DNA from: an uncultured delta proteobacterium | Lineage (GTDB): Bacteria > Myxococcota_A > Polyangia > Palsa-1104 | NCBI GenBank assembly: GCA_963785725.1 | Contig: CAWAWS010000039.1 | Coordinates: forward strand, 320,001-384,000 | Length of the DNA: 64,000 bases | Direction of reading: 5' to 3' | Shown: piece after piece, positions 1-9,673 of the stretch | Position numbering within the stretch: the first letter of the stretch is position 1 | How the letters are laid out: every line of letters starts with the position of its first letter | Program-made: the position numbers and the translations under genes | Notes under the pieces: model-generated | The model's database searches: none | What the model saw: the letters and a program-made list of their open reading frames with translations, nothing else | What the model was told of the DNA's origin: nothing

Positions 1-515
1 TAGTCGGTCGTCAAATTCACGATCGGCACCAACGTCCCCGACTGCCGCAAGCCGCCCGGCCGGTGCAGGAAAATCAATTTGCGCGTGCGCATCGCCACCA
101 CCAGCGCCGCCAGCGTCTCGAAGCGCGCCTCGGCACCGACGGCGAACGTCAAGATGGGGATGGTCTGCGCGCGCGTCGCCGCCGTCGCGCGCTCGATGGC
201 GTCGGGCTCGTGCGCGCCCAGCAACGTCGCGCGCACGCCGGCGCGCTCGAGCCGCTTGCCGAGCCGGACCGCGTGATCCATCGCTTCGGTCGACTCGAAC
301 AGACCGAGGAGCACGACCGGGTACAGTCCCAGCGACGCCAGGAAGCGCAGATCGAGCGTCACCGCCTCGGACGCGTGACGCGCGACGTTGGCGTCGACGG
401 AGATGGCCGCGAAGCGCTCGGGCTCGCCGGCGCGAAAGAGCGCGAGGTAGAAGTCCGCCTCGCGACGAGAGCCGACGCTCTCGAGGAAGCGCAGGACGAC
501 GTCAGCCGGATCCAT
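1..515 (-). CDS. N-acetylglutamate synthase/kinase-like protein (vertebrate/Xanthomonas NAGS-K type), N-terminal part; runs off the window
   Basis: Not in ORF track. Manual translation from ATG at 515: MDPADVVLRFLESVGSRREADFYLALFR...RFAAISVD...LRFLASLGLYPVVL...RKLIFLHRPGGL...IVNL. Overlaps the argE stop. Confidence 0.7.
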   Translation of the reverse strand, partial: MDPADVVLRFLESVGSRREADFYLALFRAGEPERFAAISVDANVARHASEAVTLDLRFLASLGLYPVVLLGLFESTEAMDHAVRLGKRLERAGVRATLLGAHEPDAIERATAATRAQTIPILTFAVGAEARFETLAALVVAMRTRKLIFLHRPGGLRQSGTLVPIVNLTTD

Positions 516-1581
516 GCGCTCGCAAGATCTGCGTCAAGACATCGCGCGCCTGCTCCAGCTCGACGATGGGCACGAACTCGTCGGGCGCGTGCGCGTGGGC
601 GATGTCGCCCGGTCCCCACACGACGCAGTCGATGCCCATCTCCGACCACAGCGCGGCTTCGGTCCAGAACGCGAGATCGACGGCCGGTCCGAGCTCGGCC
701 GGGAAGTCGTCGCGATTGCGCGTGGCGAACGTCGGATTGATGATGGGCACGGTCAGCCGCGCCCGCGGCACGACGGCGCCGGCGAGCGCGAACAGCTCGT
801 CGCGCACTTTCTCGACGTCGCTGCCCGGCGGTGGTCGCACGCTCACGCTCAAGCGCGCCTCCGACGGAATGACGTTGAACGCGATGCCTCCGTCGAGCTT
901 GGCGACGTTGAGGCACATGCCGGTAAAGCCGCTCGGTCCGTGCTCGCGCTGCTCGATGCCCCACTGCCCGTAGGCGACGGCGAGCCGCGCGGCGTCGTAG
1001 AGCGCGGCCGGCTCGTGATCGGCGCGCGAGCTGTGCCCGCCGCGACCGTCGATGCGCGCCTCGAGCGCGAGAATGCCGCGATGACGCACGCCCGCCTGCA
1101 GCGAAGTCGGCTCGCAGACGATGGCGCGCGTCACGTCGCCGAGGAGCCGGCGTTCGCGCTCGAGCGCCGCGCGCACGACCGTGCCGCGGTTCTCCTCGTC
1201 GCCCGAGAAGATGACGGCCAAGTCGTGACCGGGCGTCGTCTCCAGCGCGCACAACGTCGCGGCGATCGCCGCCTTCGTGTCGCACGCACCCAAGCCGTAG
1301 ACGCGCCCGTCGGCGACGCGGGCCGCGAACGGATCGTGGCTCCAGCCTTCGTTGGCCGGCACCGTGTCGACGTGCGCGTTGATGATGAGCCGCGGTCGAC
1401 CCCAGGTCGCGATGACGTAGGCGCCGATTGCGCCTTCGCGCGTGACCGTCTCGACGCGCACGTCGCCGCCGAGCGCGCGCAGCCGCTCGCCCAAGTCGGC
1501 GCACAGCCGCGGCTCGTCGCCGCCCGGGTTATGCGTGTCGACGGCAATGAGGCGCTGCAGCAGCTCGACGACGTCCGTCAT
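502..1581 (-). CDS. argE: Acetylornithine deacetylase (M20 family)
   Basis: NAHVDTVP, YGLGACDTK, GDEE, GGHSS and AHAPDE M20 motifs; adjacent to a NAGS-like gene. Confidence 0.85.
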   Translation of the reverse strand: MTDVVELLQRLIAVDTHNPGGDEPRLCADLGERLRALGGDVRVETVTREGAIGAYVIATWGRPRLIINAHVDTVPANEGWSHDPFAARVADGRVYGLGACDTKAAIAATLCALETTPGHDLAVIFSGDEENRGTVVRAALERERRLLGDVTRAIVCEPTSLQAGVRHRGILALEARIDGRGGHSSRADHEPAALYDAARLAVAYGQWGIEQREHGPSGFTGMCLNVAKLDGGIAFNVIPSEARLSVSVRPPPGSDVEKVRDELFALAGAVVPRARLTVPIINPTFATRNRDDFPAELGPAVDLAFWTEAALWSEMGIDCVVWGPGDIAHAHAPDEFVPIVELEQARDVLTQILRAHGSG

Positions 1582-1617
1582 GCGCGCATTCTAAACAATG
1601 TCGGCGCGCGTAACGGC

Positions 1618-2562
1618 TTATTCTGGCGCGACCGATTCGGCGCCGATCGCGGCTTCATGCGAGCAGCAGCCGTGCGGCGTCGCCGTCGGCGCGCGGCGCG
1701 TCGTCACTTCCGCCGTCGCCGCGATGGCCCGCACGACGACCGACGCGGCGGCGAGCCCGAACGCGCCGGTCACGAACCCGGCCGTCCCGTAGATTACGCG
1801 CCGCTCCTCGCACGAGTGCACGTCGTTGGTGCCGCCCGGACAGACGCAGCGAAAGCCTTCGGCGCCGTCGTAGTGCAGCTCGTGCGGCACCTCGGGATGC
1901 TCCATCGAGTAGACCGCCGTGATGCCGAACGGCTCGCCCGTCGGAAAAGCGTACTTCTTGCGCAGCAGGTGGCGCACGGCGTTGGCCAGCGGATCGATCG
2001 CCGTGTCCGCGAGATCGACCACGCGCAGCTGCGTCGGATCCATCCGCCCCGACGCGCCCGTCGACGTCACCACCGGAATGCCGCGCGCCTTGCACGTCGC
2101 CAGCAAGTGACACTTCGCCGTCACGTTATCGATGGCATCGACGACCCAATCGGGCTCGTGCCCCAAGATCGCGTCGCTCGTCTTGTCCGAATAAAACAGC
2201 GGCAGCGGCACCGCCGTCGCCTGCGGATTGATGGCGCGGACGCGCTCGGCCAACATCGTCGACTTCGGCTTCGCCACCGCCGTCGCCACCGCTTGCAGTT
2301 GCCGATTGGTATTCGTCACGCACACGCGATCGAAGTCGACCAACGTCAGCCGCCCGACGCCCGACCGCGCCAGCGCCTCGACGACGAACGAGCCCACACC
2401 GCCGAGCCCGATGACCATGACGTGCGCGCCGAACAGCCGCTCCATCGCGCTGTCACCGACGAGCCGCCCGATGCGATCGAACCGCCGATGCAGTCGATAG
2501 CTCGTCTCGCGATCCAATTGTTGCGTGGGCGGTTGCGGGTGCGTCTGCTTCGGCAATTCCAT
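1618..2562 (-). CDS. tcdA: tRNA threonylcarbamoyladenosine dehydratase (ThiF/E1-like)
   Basis: VIGLGGVGS, LARSGVG, DFDRVCVTNTNRQ, VVDAIDN, STGASGRMDP, AVYSME; start MELPKQ at 2562 overlaps the tatD stop. Confidence 0.85.
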   Translation of the reverse strand: MELPKQTHPQPPTQQLDRETSYRLHRRFDRIGRLVGDSAMERLFGAHVMVIGLGGVGSFVVEALARSGVGRLTLVDFDRVCVTNTNRQLQAVATAVAKPKSTMLAERVRAINPQATAVPLPLFYSDKTSDAILGHEPDWVVDAIDNVTAKCHLLATCKARGIPVVTSTGASGRMDPTQLRVVDLADTAIDPLANAVRHLLRKKYAFPTGEPFGITAVYSMEHPEVPHELHYDGAEGFRCVCPGGTNDVHSCEERRVIYGTAGFVTGAFGLAAASVVVRAIAATAEVTTRRAPTATPHGCCSHEAAIGAESVAPE

Positions 2563-3344
2563 CAGCGTGGTTCCAACAGGCGGCGCGCGTTCTCGTCGGT
2601 AATCCGGGCCGCTTCGGCAAATTCGACCCCCCAAATCTGCGCGACCGCGGCCACGATTGCAACGAGAAAGGCCGGCTCGTTGCGGCCCGGCCGCTGCGGC
2701 TCCGGCGTCTGATCGGGCGCGTCGGTCTCGACGAGCAGTCGCGCGCGCGGCACGACGGCGGCGGCGCGCGCGGCTTTGTTGTCGCGCCCGTGCCACGTCA
2801 GCGAGCCCGAGAACGACACGTGCAGCCCGAGCGCCACCCACTCCTTCGTCAGCTCCGGCGACGACGAGCAGCTGTGCAAGAGGCCGGCCGCGGGCGCGTG
2901 GCGCGCATAAACCGCGATGGCGCGCGGATGTTGCCGCAAGACATGCAGCGCCACCGGCAGCCGATACTTGCGCGCCAGCTGCAGCTGCGCCACGAACACG
3001 CGCTCCTGCCGCTCCAGCGTCGCGCTGCGCTCGCCCATTCCGTCGAGGCCGATCTCGCCCAGCGCCACGACGTTGGGCCGGCGCGCCGCCAACGCCGCGT
3101 CGAGCTCGCCGAGCATGCGATCGCACGCGTCATCGTCGACCAGCGCCACGATCTGCGGGTGAATGCCGTACGACAGCGTCAGCTCGGGATGCGCCGCCGC
3201 CAGCGAATCCTCGACGCGCCAGCCGCTCGGGTCGACGCCCGCCAGCATCATCGTCGTCACGCCCGCGGCCGTCGCCCGCGCGATCGCGGCCGCCGCGTCG
3301 TCGACGAGCCGCGCGTCGTGCAAGTGACAATGCGTGTCGTACAC
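2562..3344 (-). CDS. tatD: TatD family nuclease/hydrolase
   Basis: DTHCHL, GIHP, GEIGLD, ETDAPD, RNEP motifs. Confidence 0.9.
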   Translation of the reverse strand: MYDTHCHLHDARLVDDAAAAIARATAAGVTTMMLAGVDPSGWRVEDSLAAAHPELTLSYGIHPQIVALVDDDACDRMLGELDAALAARRPNVVALGEIGLDGMGERSATLERQERVFVAQLQLARKYRLPVALHVLRQHPRAIAVYARHAPAAGLLHSCSSSPELTKEWVALGLHVSFSGSLTWHGRDNKAARAAAVVPRARLLVETDAPDQTPEPQRPGRNEPAFLVAIVAAVAQIWGVEFAEAARITDENARRLLEPR

Positions 3345-3392
3345 GGCGCGATCTTAGCCGCCACGAGCGGCGCGCGGTAGTATCGTCGCCGC

Positions 3393-3884
3393 ATGTCGAC
3401 AGGAGCTGCTGCGTTGATTCGCCCGGGTGAGGCGCGCGATCTGCCCGCCGTCGTCGCGCTCGTCGCCGCGCTGGCCGAGTTCGAGAAGCTGCCCGGCCCC
3501 GACGCCGAGGCGCTGGCGCGCATGACGACCGACTTCGCGCGCGGCCGCTTCCAGCTGCTCGTCGCCGAGGCCGACGGCGTCGTGAACGCCTACGCGCTCT
3601 ACTTCTTCACCTACTCGACGTTTCGCGCGTTGCCGTCGCTGTATCTCGAGGACCTGTTCGTCCATCCGGCGGCGCGCGGGCACCAGATCGGCGAGCGGCT
3701 GATGCGCACGCTGGCCGGCGAGGCCGTGCGCAACGGCTGCGGCCGCTTCGAGTGGACCGTGCTCGACTGGAACGTGCGCGCGCAGAAGTTCTACCTCAGC
3801 CTCGGCGCCGAGCTGTTGGCCGAATGGCGCACCTGTCGCGTCGACGGTGACGCGCTGACGCAATTGGCCGCGCGCGAGACGTGA
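3393..3884 (+). CDS. GNAT acetyltransferase (spermidine/diamine N-acetyltransferase-like)
   Basis: LAEFEK, YSTF, LYLEDLFV, RGHQIG, WTVLDWN, FYLSLGA. Confidence 0.85.
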   Translation: MSTGAAALIRPGEARDLPAVVALVAALAEFEKLPGPDAEALARMTTDFARGRFQLLVAEADGVVNAYALYFFTYSTFRALPSLYLEDLFVHPAARGHQIGERLMRTLAGEAVRNGCGRFEWTVLDWNVRAQKFYLSLGAELLAEWRTCRVDGDALTQLAARET

Positions 3885-4046
3885 CCCGCGCGTCGACACG
3901 TGGGGCCGACAGTCTCCACGGTGAAGGGCGCGCGCGGCCATTGTTGGCGCGATAAGTCTCACCGCCGCAAGCGCAGTAGCCGCCGTTTGTGGCGTGCCAG
4001 CCAACGTCGCTGCGTCGCATCGGCGCCGATCAGGCGAAAACTCGAT

Positions 4047-4062
4047 TGGCGCGTTTCCTGCT
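4047..4062 (+). promoter_or_regulatory. Candidate sigma54 (-24/-12) promoter of the pseudokinase
   Basis: TGGCGC-GTTTC-CTGCT, GG-N10-GC, about 16 nt before ATG 4078. Confidence 0.5.
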
Positions 4063-4077
4063 CTCGAACTGCCGGTC

Positions 4078-5172
4078 ATGCTCGCGCGCGACGGCCACAG
4101 CCAGCCGATTCAGACGGAGCTCGGCATCGGCGTGCGTGTCGGCGCCTACGAGATCGAAGCGGTGCGCGCGCGCTTGCCGCACGTGACCGTCCATCGCGCG
4201 CATCACAGCGTGACCGGCCGCACGGTCGCCTTCGAGCTGCTCCGTCCGACGGCGTCCGGTCCATCGCTGCGCGATCTGAAGCGTGAGCTGGGCGCGCTCA
4301 ATCATCTGCGCCACGCCAACGTCGCCGAGATCCTCGAAGCCGGCGAGCTCGACGACGGCCGCCCGTTCCTCGTCGTCGAATGGGTGGCCGGCCGCTCGCT
4401 GCAGACGCTGCTCGATCAGCGCGGCCCCTTGCCGCTCGACGCGCTCATGCCCATCGCCGACGAGATCGGCAGCGCGCTCGCCGCCGCGCACGCGCTCGGC
4501 GTCGTCCATGGCGAGCTGCACGGCCGCAACGTCGGCCTCGTCGCGCGCGGCGATGGCGATGTCCACACGGTCAAGATCGTCAGCTTCGGCATGGCGCGCC
4601 TCTCGGGCACGCGCCTCGCGCCCGAACAGCTGCGCGGCCTGTGCGACCGTCGCAGCGACGTCTTCGCCTTGGGCGCGCTGTTGTACCAAGCCGTCACCGG
4701 CGTTCGTCCGCACGCCGAGCCGCTGCCGCCGAGCACGCTCGCCGACGTTCCTTCCGGCTTCGACGAGGTCGTGCTGCGCTGTCTACGCGCCGATCCGGCT
4801 CGCCGCTACGACAACGTGGAGCCGATGATGCAGGAGCTGCGTTCGACCGTCTCCGGCAGCGAATTGGTGGCCGAGCTGTACGTGAGCGCGTTCATCGATC
4901 CGCTCGTCGACGACGTGGAGATGGCGGCGCTCGATGACGTCGAGCGCGCGCTGGCGCTGGCGCAACAGTGGCTCGAAGACCAGCGGCTGGCGCTGGTGCT
5001 CGGCGGCGCCGGCGCGGTCGTTGCCACGGCGCGCATTCCGCGCGCGCTCGACGCCCAGCGGGCGGCGCGCGCCGGCTGGGTCAAGCTCGCCGGCGCCGTG
5101 CAAGCGCAGATCGAAGCGCGCCCGCGCAAGCATCCCGCGGTTCGTACGCGCGTGAACGTTCGGATTGATTAG
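4078..5172 (+). CDS. Hanks-type Ser/Thr kinase-like protein, probably a pseudokinase, with an uncharacterised C-terminal domain
   Basis: Kinase fold motifs LRHANV, APEQ, SDVFALG, RCL..DP..RY are present; VAIK, HRD and DFG are replaced by VAFE, HGE and SFG. Confidence 0.75.
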   Translation: MLARDGHSQPIQTELGIGVRVGAYEIEAVRARLPHVTVHRAHHSVTGRTVAFELLRPTASGPSLRDLKRELGALNHLRHANVAEILEAGELDDGRPFLVVEWVAGRSLQTLLDQRGPLPLDALMPIADEIGSALAAAHALGVVHGELHGRNVGLVARGDGDVHTVKIVSFGMARLSGTRLAPEQLRGLCDRRSDVFALGALLYQAVTGVRPHAEPLPPSTLADVPSGFDEVVLRCLRADPARRYDNVEPMMQELRSTVSGSELVAELYVSAFIDPLVDDVEMAALDDVERALALAQQWLEDQRLALVLGGAGAVVATARIPRALDAQRAARAGWVKLAGAVQAQIEARPRKHPAVRTRVNVRID

Positions 5173-5200
5173 CGTGAAGCGAAGTTGACGCGGAGCCGAG

Positions 5201-6400
5201 TTACGCGAGGCGCTCTTGCAGCGCCTGATTCTCGGGGATGACGTGGATGTTCGGCAGGCTCGGCGCGCGGCCGTGGCACGCCTGATACGCCAAGCGGTAG
5301 ACATGCATGTGCTGCGCGATCACCGAATCCCAAGCGAACCAGTCGAGGCTGCGCTTCGTCGCCTCGCTCATGCGTGCGCGGAGCTCGCCGTCGCGCATGA
5401 CCTCGGCGATGTGCTGGATGAACTCGGCGTTGGTGTTGGCGAGGAAGCCTTCGCGGCCGTGACGAATGAGATCGCCGACGCCGCCGTGGTTCATGGCGAC
5501 GACGGGCAAGCCGCAGCAGCGCGCTTCCAACGTCGCGATCGACAGCGCCTCTTTCGACGTCGGCAGAATGAACAGCGACGAGCGCGCCAAGATCTCGCGG
5601 ATCTGATGCCGCGGCTGAAACCCGGTCAGCTCGACGTAATCGCCGACGCCCAGTCGCGCGATCTCGCGCTCGACGTGCGCGCGCTCGGGACCATCGCCGA
5701 CGAGCGTGAACGTCGGCCGCAGATTCGCCGGCAACAGCGCGTGAATCTTCGGGATCGCGCGGATGACCTCGTGCGGCTTCTTGCGCTTGGTAAAGCGCAT
5801 GACCGTCGTGACCCGCAGCGGCTTCGGCTCGTTCGGCGCCGGCGGATTGTGCGGCTTCCACTCGCCCGGGTTGATGCCGTTGGGCAGCACATACACGTCT
5901 TTACGGCCCGACACCGCGCGCATGTCGCCGGCGACGTAGTGGCTGACCGCCGTCAAGACGCCCGGCCAATCGGCCCAGCCCCAGATCTTGTGCAGCGTCG
6001 ACAAGAGCGCCAAGCCCGCGCCCTTCAACACCGAGTGCTCCGTCATCACCGACGGAATCGACAGCTTCTTCGCGACGTAGGCGGCGCCGATCGACAGCGG
6101 CGACAGCGCCGTGTGGCAGTGGATCAGATCGTACTGCTCGCGCACGAACAGCGCTTCCAGTGGAATCAGCGCCTTCTTGCTGCGGATCGTATCCAGCCCC
6201 GGCATCAACGGCACATCGAGGCGATGCACTTTGATGCCGTCGAGCTCGCGCTCACCCGGCGTCGCCGTGATGACGTGCGCTTCGTGGCCGCGCGCGTTGA
6301 GCTCTTTGGCGAGATCGCGCAGATGCAGCTCGAGCCCGCCGATGCGCGGCAAATACCAGTCGGAGACGATGGCGATCTTGTAGCCGGTTCGCGTTTTCAT
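5201..6400 (-). CDS. GT4 glycosyltransferase, PigA/Gpi3-like
   Basis: IAIVSDWYLPRIGGLELH, IHCH, TEHS, LPNGI, EALSIATLEA (E-X7-E); start MKTRT overlaps the radical SAM stop. Confidence 0.85.
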   Translation of the reverse strand: MKTRTGYKIAIVSDWYLPRIGGLELHLRDLAKELNARGHEAHVITATPGERELDGIKVHRLDVPLMPGLDTIRSKKALIPLEALFVREQYDLIHCHTALSPLSIGAAYVAKKLSIPSVMTEHSVLKGAGLALLSTLHKIWGWADWPGVLTAVSHYVAGDMRAVSGRKDVYVLPNGINPGEWKPHNPPAPNEPKPLRVTTVMRFTKRKKPHEVIRAIPKIHALLPANLRPTFTLVGDGPERAHVEREIARLGVGDYVELTGFQPRHQIREILARSSLFILPTSKEALSIATLEARCCGLPVVAMNHGGVGDLIRHGREGFLANTNAEFIQHIAEVMRDGELRARMSEATKRSLDWFAWDSVIAQHMHVYRLAYQACHGRAPSLPNIHVIPENQALQERLA

Positions 6401-7383
6401 GATTGGCGCACCTGCAACATGCTGCGGAGCTGAACGAGCGGCGAACGCACGCGATCGACGGTGCCCGCGCGATGCACGCAGCCGATGGTGCAATAGGGCG
6501 CGCAGGTCTTGGGCGACGTATATTCGCGGCGAATGTCGGCGACGGAGTAGTCGGCCAGCGGCGTGCCCGGATAACCACGCTGCTGCGAGCAATAATGCAC
6601 GAGGCCCTTCTCGCAAATGTACAAATAGCGAGCGCCCGCGCGGCATTGCCAGTCATTCGAGCGGCCTTCGATGAGGTTCCGCTGGAAGTCGTTGATGCGC
6701 GTGTACAAGCCCTGGCCGAGCTGCACGCACTCGTCGTAGACGGCGCGCTCGCGCGCATTGAGCGGCTGCAGCTGCCCCGACTCGTCGTGCAGGATGCCGA
6801 CCGACGTCGAGAAGCCGAGCGCAGAGGCGCGGCGCGCGATCTCGAGCGCGTCTTCCGGCCGCTTCATGCCGGCGCCGACGACGCTGTTGATGTTGACGTG
6901 AAAGCGCGCGTGCTCGGCCAGGTGCTGCAGCTTCTTGTCGAGCGTCTTCAGGCTCTTTTGCGAGACCTCGTCGGGCGTGACATTGTCGATCGAGATCTGC
7001 AGATACTCGAGCCCGGCGTCGTTGAGCCGCGCGATGCGCTCGGGACCGAGGTAGAAGCCGTTGGTGATGAGGCCGGCGAGCATGCCGCGGTCGCGGATGC
7101 GCTTGATGATCTGATCGAGCTCGGGGTGCATCATCGGCTCGCCGCCGGAAATGGTGACGATGCCGGTGCGCAGCTCGCCGAGCTTGTCGATGCGCCGCAG
7201 CATCTCCGCAATCGGTACGGGATCCGAGACCTTGTCGTACTCGTTGCAGTAGCCGCAGGCGAGGTTGCAGCGGCGCATGGGGACGATCTGCGCCAAGATC
7301 GGGTGGGTCGTATCGAGTAAACCCCACGTGACCATTCGCACTTCACGCAGGGTGCGGGTAATACGCTGGGGAAGGGTTTCCAT
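6397..7383 (-). CDS. Radical SAM protein with C-terminal Cys-rich (twitch/SPASM-like) domain
   Basis: CNLACGYC, SGGEP, ITNG, QISID; C-terminal CRAG...C...YC...CAPYCTIGC. Confidence 0.9.
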   Translation of the reverse strand: METLPQRITRTLREVRMVTWGLLDTTHPILAQIVPMRRCNLACGYCNEYDKVSDPVPIAEMLRRIDKLGELRTGIVTISGGEPMMHPELDQIIKRIRDRGMLAGLITNGFYLGPERIARLNDAGLEYLQISIDNVTPDEVSQKSLKTLDKKLQHLAEHARFHVNINSVVGAGMKRPEDALEIARRASALGFSTSVGILHDESGQLQPLNARERAVYDECVQLGQGLYTRINDFQRNLIEGRSNDWQCRAGARYLYICEKGLVHYCSQQRGYPGTPLADYSVADIRREYTSPKTCAPYCTIGCVHRAGTVDRVRSPLVQLRSMLQVRQS

Positions 7384-7404
7384 AGGCTCGCGACGTTAGT
7401 TGGT

Positions 7405-7420
7405 TGGCATCGGGTTAGCA
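7405..7420 (+). promoter_or_regulatory. Possible sigma54 promoter toward the deacetylase
   Basis: TGGCAT-CGGGT-TAGCA, GG-N10-GC, in the divergent intergenic region. Confidence 0.35.
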
Positions 7421-7535
7421 ATTTCGGAGCCCGACTCGAAGCGGCCACGAATGCCCTATTAATGAGCGGTTAGATGAGGACGCTGTCGAAAAGTGTCAGA
7501 TTCCCGCCGCCCCGGTGGTAGAAGGATTGCGCACT

Positions 7536-8267
7536 ATGGACCTTTGCATCACTGTCGACCTCGAGCATGACTGCCCGCCGTTTCTGACGACCTATCGCGG
7601 CGTGACCGAAGGAATGCCAAGGCTGCTCGACCTCTTGGCGCGCGAGTCGGCGCCGGCGACGTTCTTCTGCACCGGCGACGTCGCGCGCAAGCATCCCGCG
7701 ATCGTGCGCCGCCTCGTCGCCGAAGGGCACGAGCTCGGCTGCCACGGCGACACGCACACGCGCTTCGGCGGCATGGATCGCGCGCAGGCGACGAAGGAGC
7801 TGGTGGACGCCCGCGCGACCCTCGATCCGTTCGCCAAGGTCACGTCGTTCCGCGCGCCGAATCTCGACTTCCCTAATGAATTCGTGCCGCTATTGGCCGA
7901 GCACGGTTTCACGCTCGACTCCTCGCAAGGGCGGCACAAGCCGGGCTCGTTCTTCATCACGCCGCACGTGAACACCGGCGTCGCGCGCGTGCCGGCGACG
8001 ATGGCGCCGTCGGCGCTGCGGCTGCCGGCGCCGGTGCGCAACCTGCTCCTCTCGCGCATGCGCGATCCGGTGGTCTTCTTCTTTCACCCGTGGGAGTTCG
8101 TCGACATGACGCGGGCGCCGATTCCGCGCGACTGCCGCTTCCGCACGGGCGATCCGGCGCTCGAGTCGCTGCGCGACGTCATGACCTGGTTCCGCAAGCG
8201 CGGCGCTACGTTGCGGCGGATGCGCGACTTGCCTGCCGCTGCCGGCGCCACGCAAAGAGCAGCTTGA
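7536..8267 (+). CDS. Polysaccharide deacetylase (CE4/NodB-like)
   Basis: ITVDLE, ATFF, GHELGCHGDTH, FRAP, DSS, FFFHPWE. Confidence 0.85.
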   Translation: MDLCITVDLEHDCPPFLTTYRGVTEGMPRLLDLLARESAPATFFCTGDVARKHPAIVRRLVAEGHELGCHGDTHTRFGGMDRAQATKELVDARATLDPFAKVTSFRAPNLDFPNEFVPLLAEHGFTLDSSQGRHKPGSFFITPHVNTGVARVPATMAPSALRLPAPVRNLLLSRMRDPVVFFFHPWEFVDMTRAPIPRDCRFRTGDPALESLRDVMTWFRKRGATLRRMRDLPAAAGATQRAA

Positions 8268-9603
8268 GCGCGGTCGGCGGAATCAGCGCGCACGCCACCA
8301 GCAGCTCCTTCGTTCCCAAGACCACCGGCCGATAGTCGCAATCGAGCGGCAGCGTCGCCGCGTAGTAGCTCGTCAGCGCCAGCACGAACAGCCGCAACGA
8401 CGGCTTCATGAAGTCGGGCAGCGCCGGCGCCAGCGGCAGCAGTGGGAGCAAATACCAGCCGTTCACGAAGGCGTGAAAGAGCACGTAGTAAACCAGCAGC
8501 AGCGTCGCCGCCCAGCGCAGGATCTGGCCGTCACGCGCGGCGCAGTAGGCGCACCAGGCGATCCAGATGGCCGCGGCGGTGCGGAACACGAGGCCGATGG
8601 CCCACGAGATGGCCGGCCGATGCAGCACGTAGACGAGCGCGGCGCGCGGCAAGGCCTCGAACGAGCGCGAAAACAGCGGGTGGCGCTCGCTCGGATCGCC
8701 GAGCAGCGCGGCGAACGCGGTCAACGTCGGCCAGGTGCGCAGCGCGACGATGGCGGACGCGACGGCAGCGACGGCGAGCGCGGCGGCGGCGATGACGAAG
8801 CGGCGCGGCGGAATGCGCTGCGCGATCGGCCGCAACAGACGGCGCAAGAGCTCGAACGCCACGAGCAGTGACGCCGAAATCTTGACCGCGATCGCCGACG
8901 CTAGCGCGACGAAGCCGGCGCCGCTGCGTCGGCGCGACACGGCGACGGCGAAGAGCGCGGCGGCGAGCGCGAGCCAGACGTCGTTGTGCGGGTTGATCGT
9001 GCCGTCGACGATGGCCAGCGGGCAAAAGAGCACGAACGCGACGGCGGGGGCGCCGAAGGCGACGCCGGCCAACGCCGCCGTGGCGACGAGGACGACGACG
9101 TTGATGGCCTGGTACAGTCGCAGCTGCAGCGTCAGATCGTCGCCGCCGGCGGTGGCGACCAGGCGGCTGAGCGCGTCGAAGGCCGGGCCGTATGGGCTCG
9201 TGCCGTCGCGCCAATCCTGGCTCGTCGGCAGCACCGTGAGGAAGCGATCGTCGGCCGGCAGCGTCGCCGACAGCGGTGTCGACGCGCGGGCGTGATAGCG
9301 CGCCTCGGCGTGACCGATGGCGGCGTAGAACAGCGGATCGTTCGACGCAAAGGGCGGCGCGCCCAACGCCACGACGTGCACGATCGCGCCCAGCGCCAGC
9401 GCGCGACGGAAGGACCAGCCGGCCGCTTGCGCGCGTTGCCAGGCCCACGCGAGCAGCGCGATCGCCGCCAAATAAGCGGCTGCGTAGAACGCGCCGGCGA
9501 GCGGCGAAGGCCACGTCGCGCACGTCGCGGCGTCGATGCGGAAGCGCTGCGCCGGCAGCCACAAGAGCAGCGTGCCGGCCAGCGCCAGCGCGAACGCGAA
9601 CAT
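8206..9603 (-). CDS. Polytopic GT-C glycosyltransferase (MptA/MptB-like polyprenyl-phospho-sugar mannosyltransferase)
   Basis: Many TM segments; SNDPLFY, SPYGP, HND, AVK and WY motifs. Confidence 0.7.
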   Translation of the reverse strand: MFAFALALAGTLLLWLPAQRFRIDAATCATWPSPLAGAFYAAAYLAAIALLAWAWQRAQAAGWSFRRALALGAIVHVVALGAPPFASNDPLFYAAIGHAEARYHARASTPLSATLPADDRFLTVLPTSQDWRDGTSPYGPAFDALSRLVATAGGDDLTLQLRLYQAINVVVLVATAALAGVAFGAPAVAFVLFCPLAIVDGTINPHNDVWLALAAALFAVAVSRRRSGAGFVALASAIAVKISASLLVAFELLRRLLRPIAQRIPPRRFVIAAAALAVAAVASAIVALRTWPTLTAFAALLGDPSERHPLFSRSFEALPRAALVYVLHRPAISWAIGLVFRTAAAIWIAWCAYCAARDGQILRWAATLLLVYYVLFHAFVNGWYLLPLLPLAPALPDFMKPSLRLFVLALTSYYAATLPLDCDYRPVVLGTKELLVACALIPPTALKLLFAWRRQRQASRASAAT

Positions 9604-9673
9604 TCCGCATTGTAGACACCGACGTCACAACGGCAAGCCTGGTGACAACGTAATGGGCGCATAGGACTAGCTC

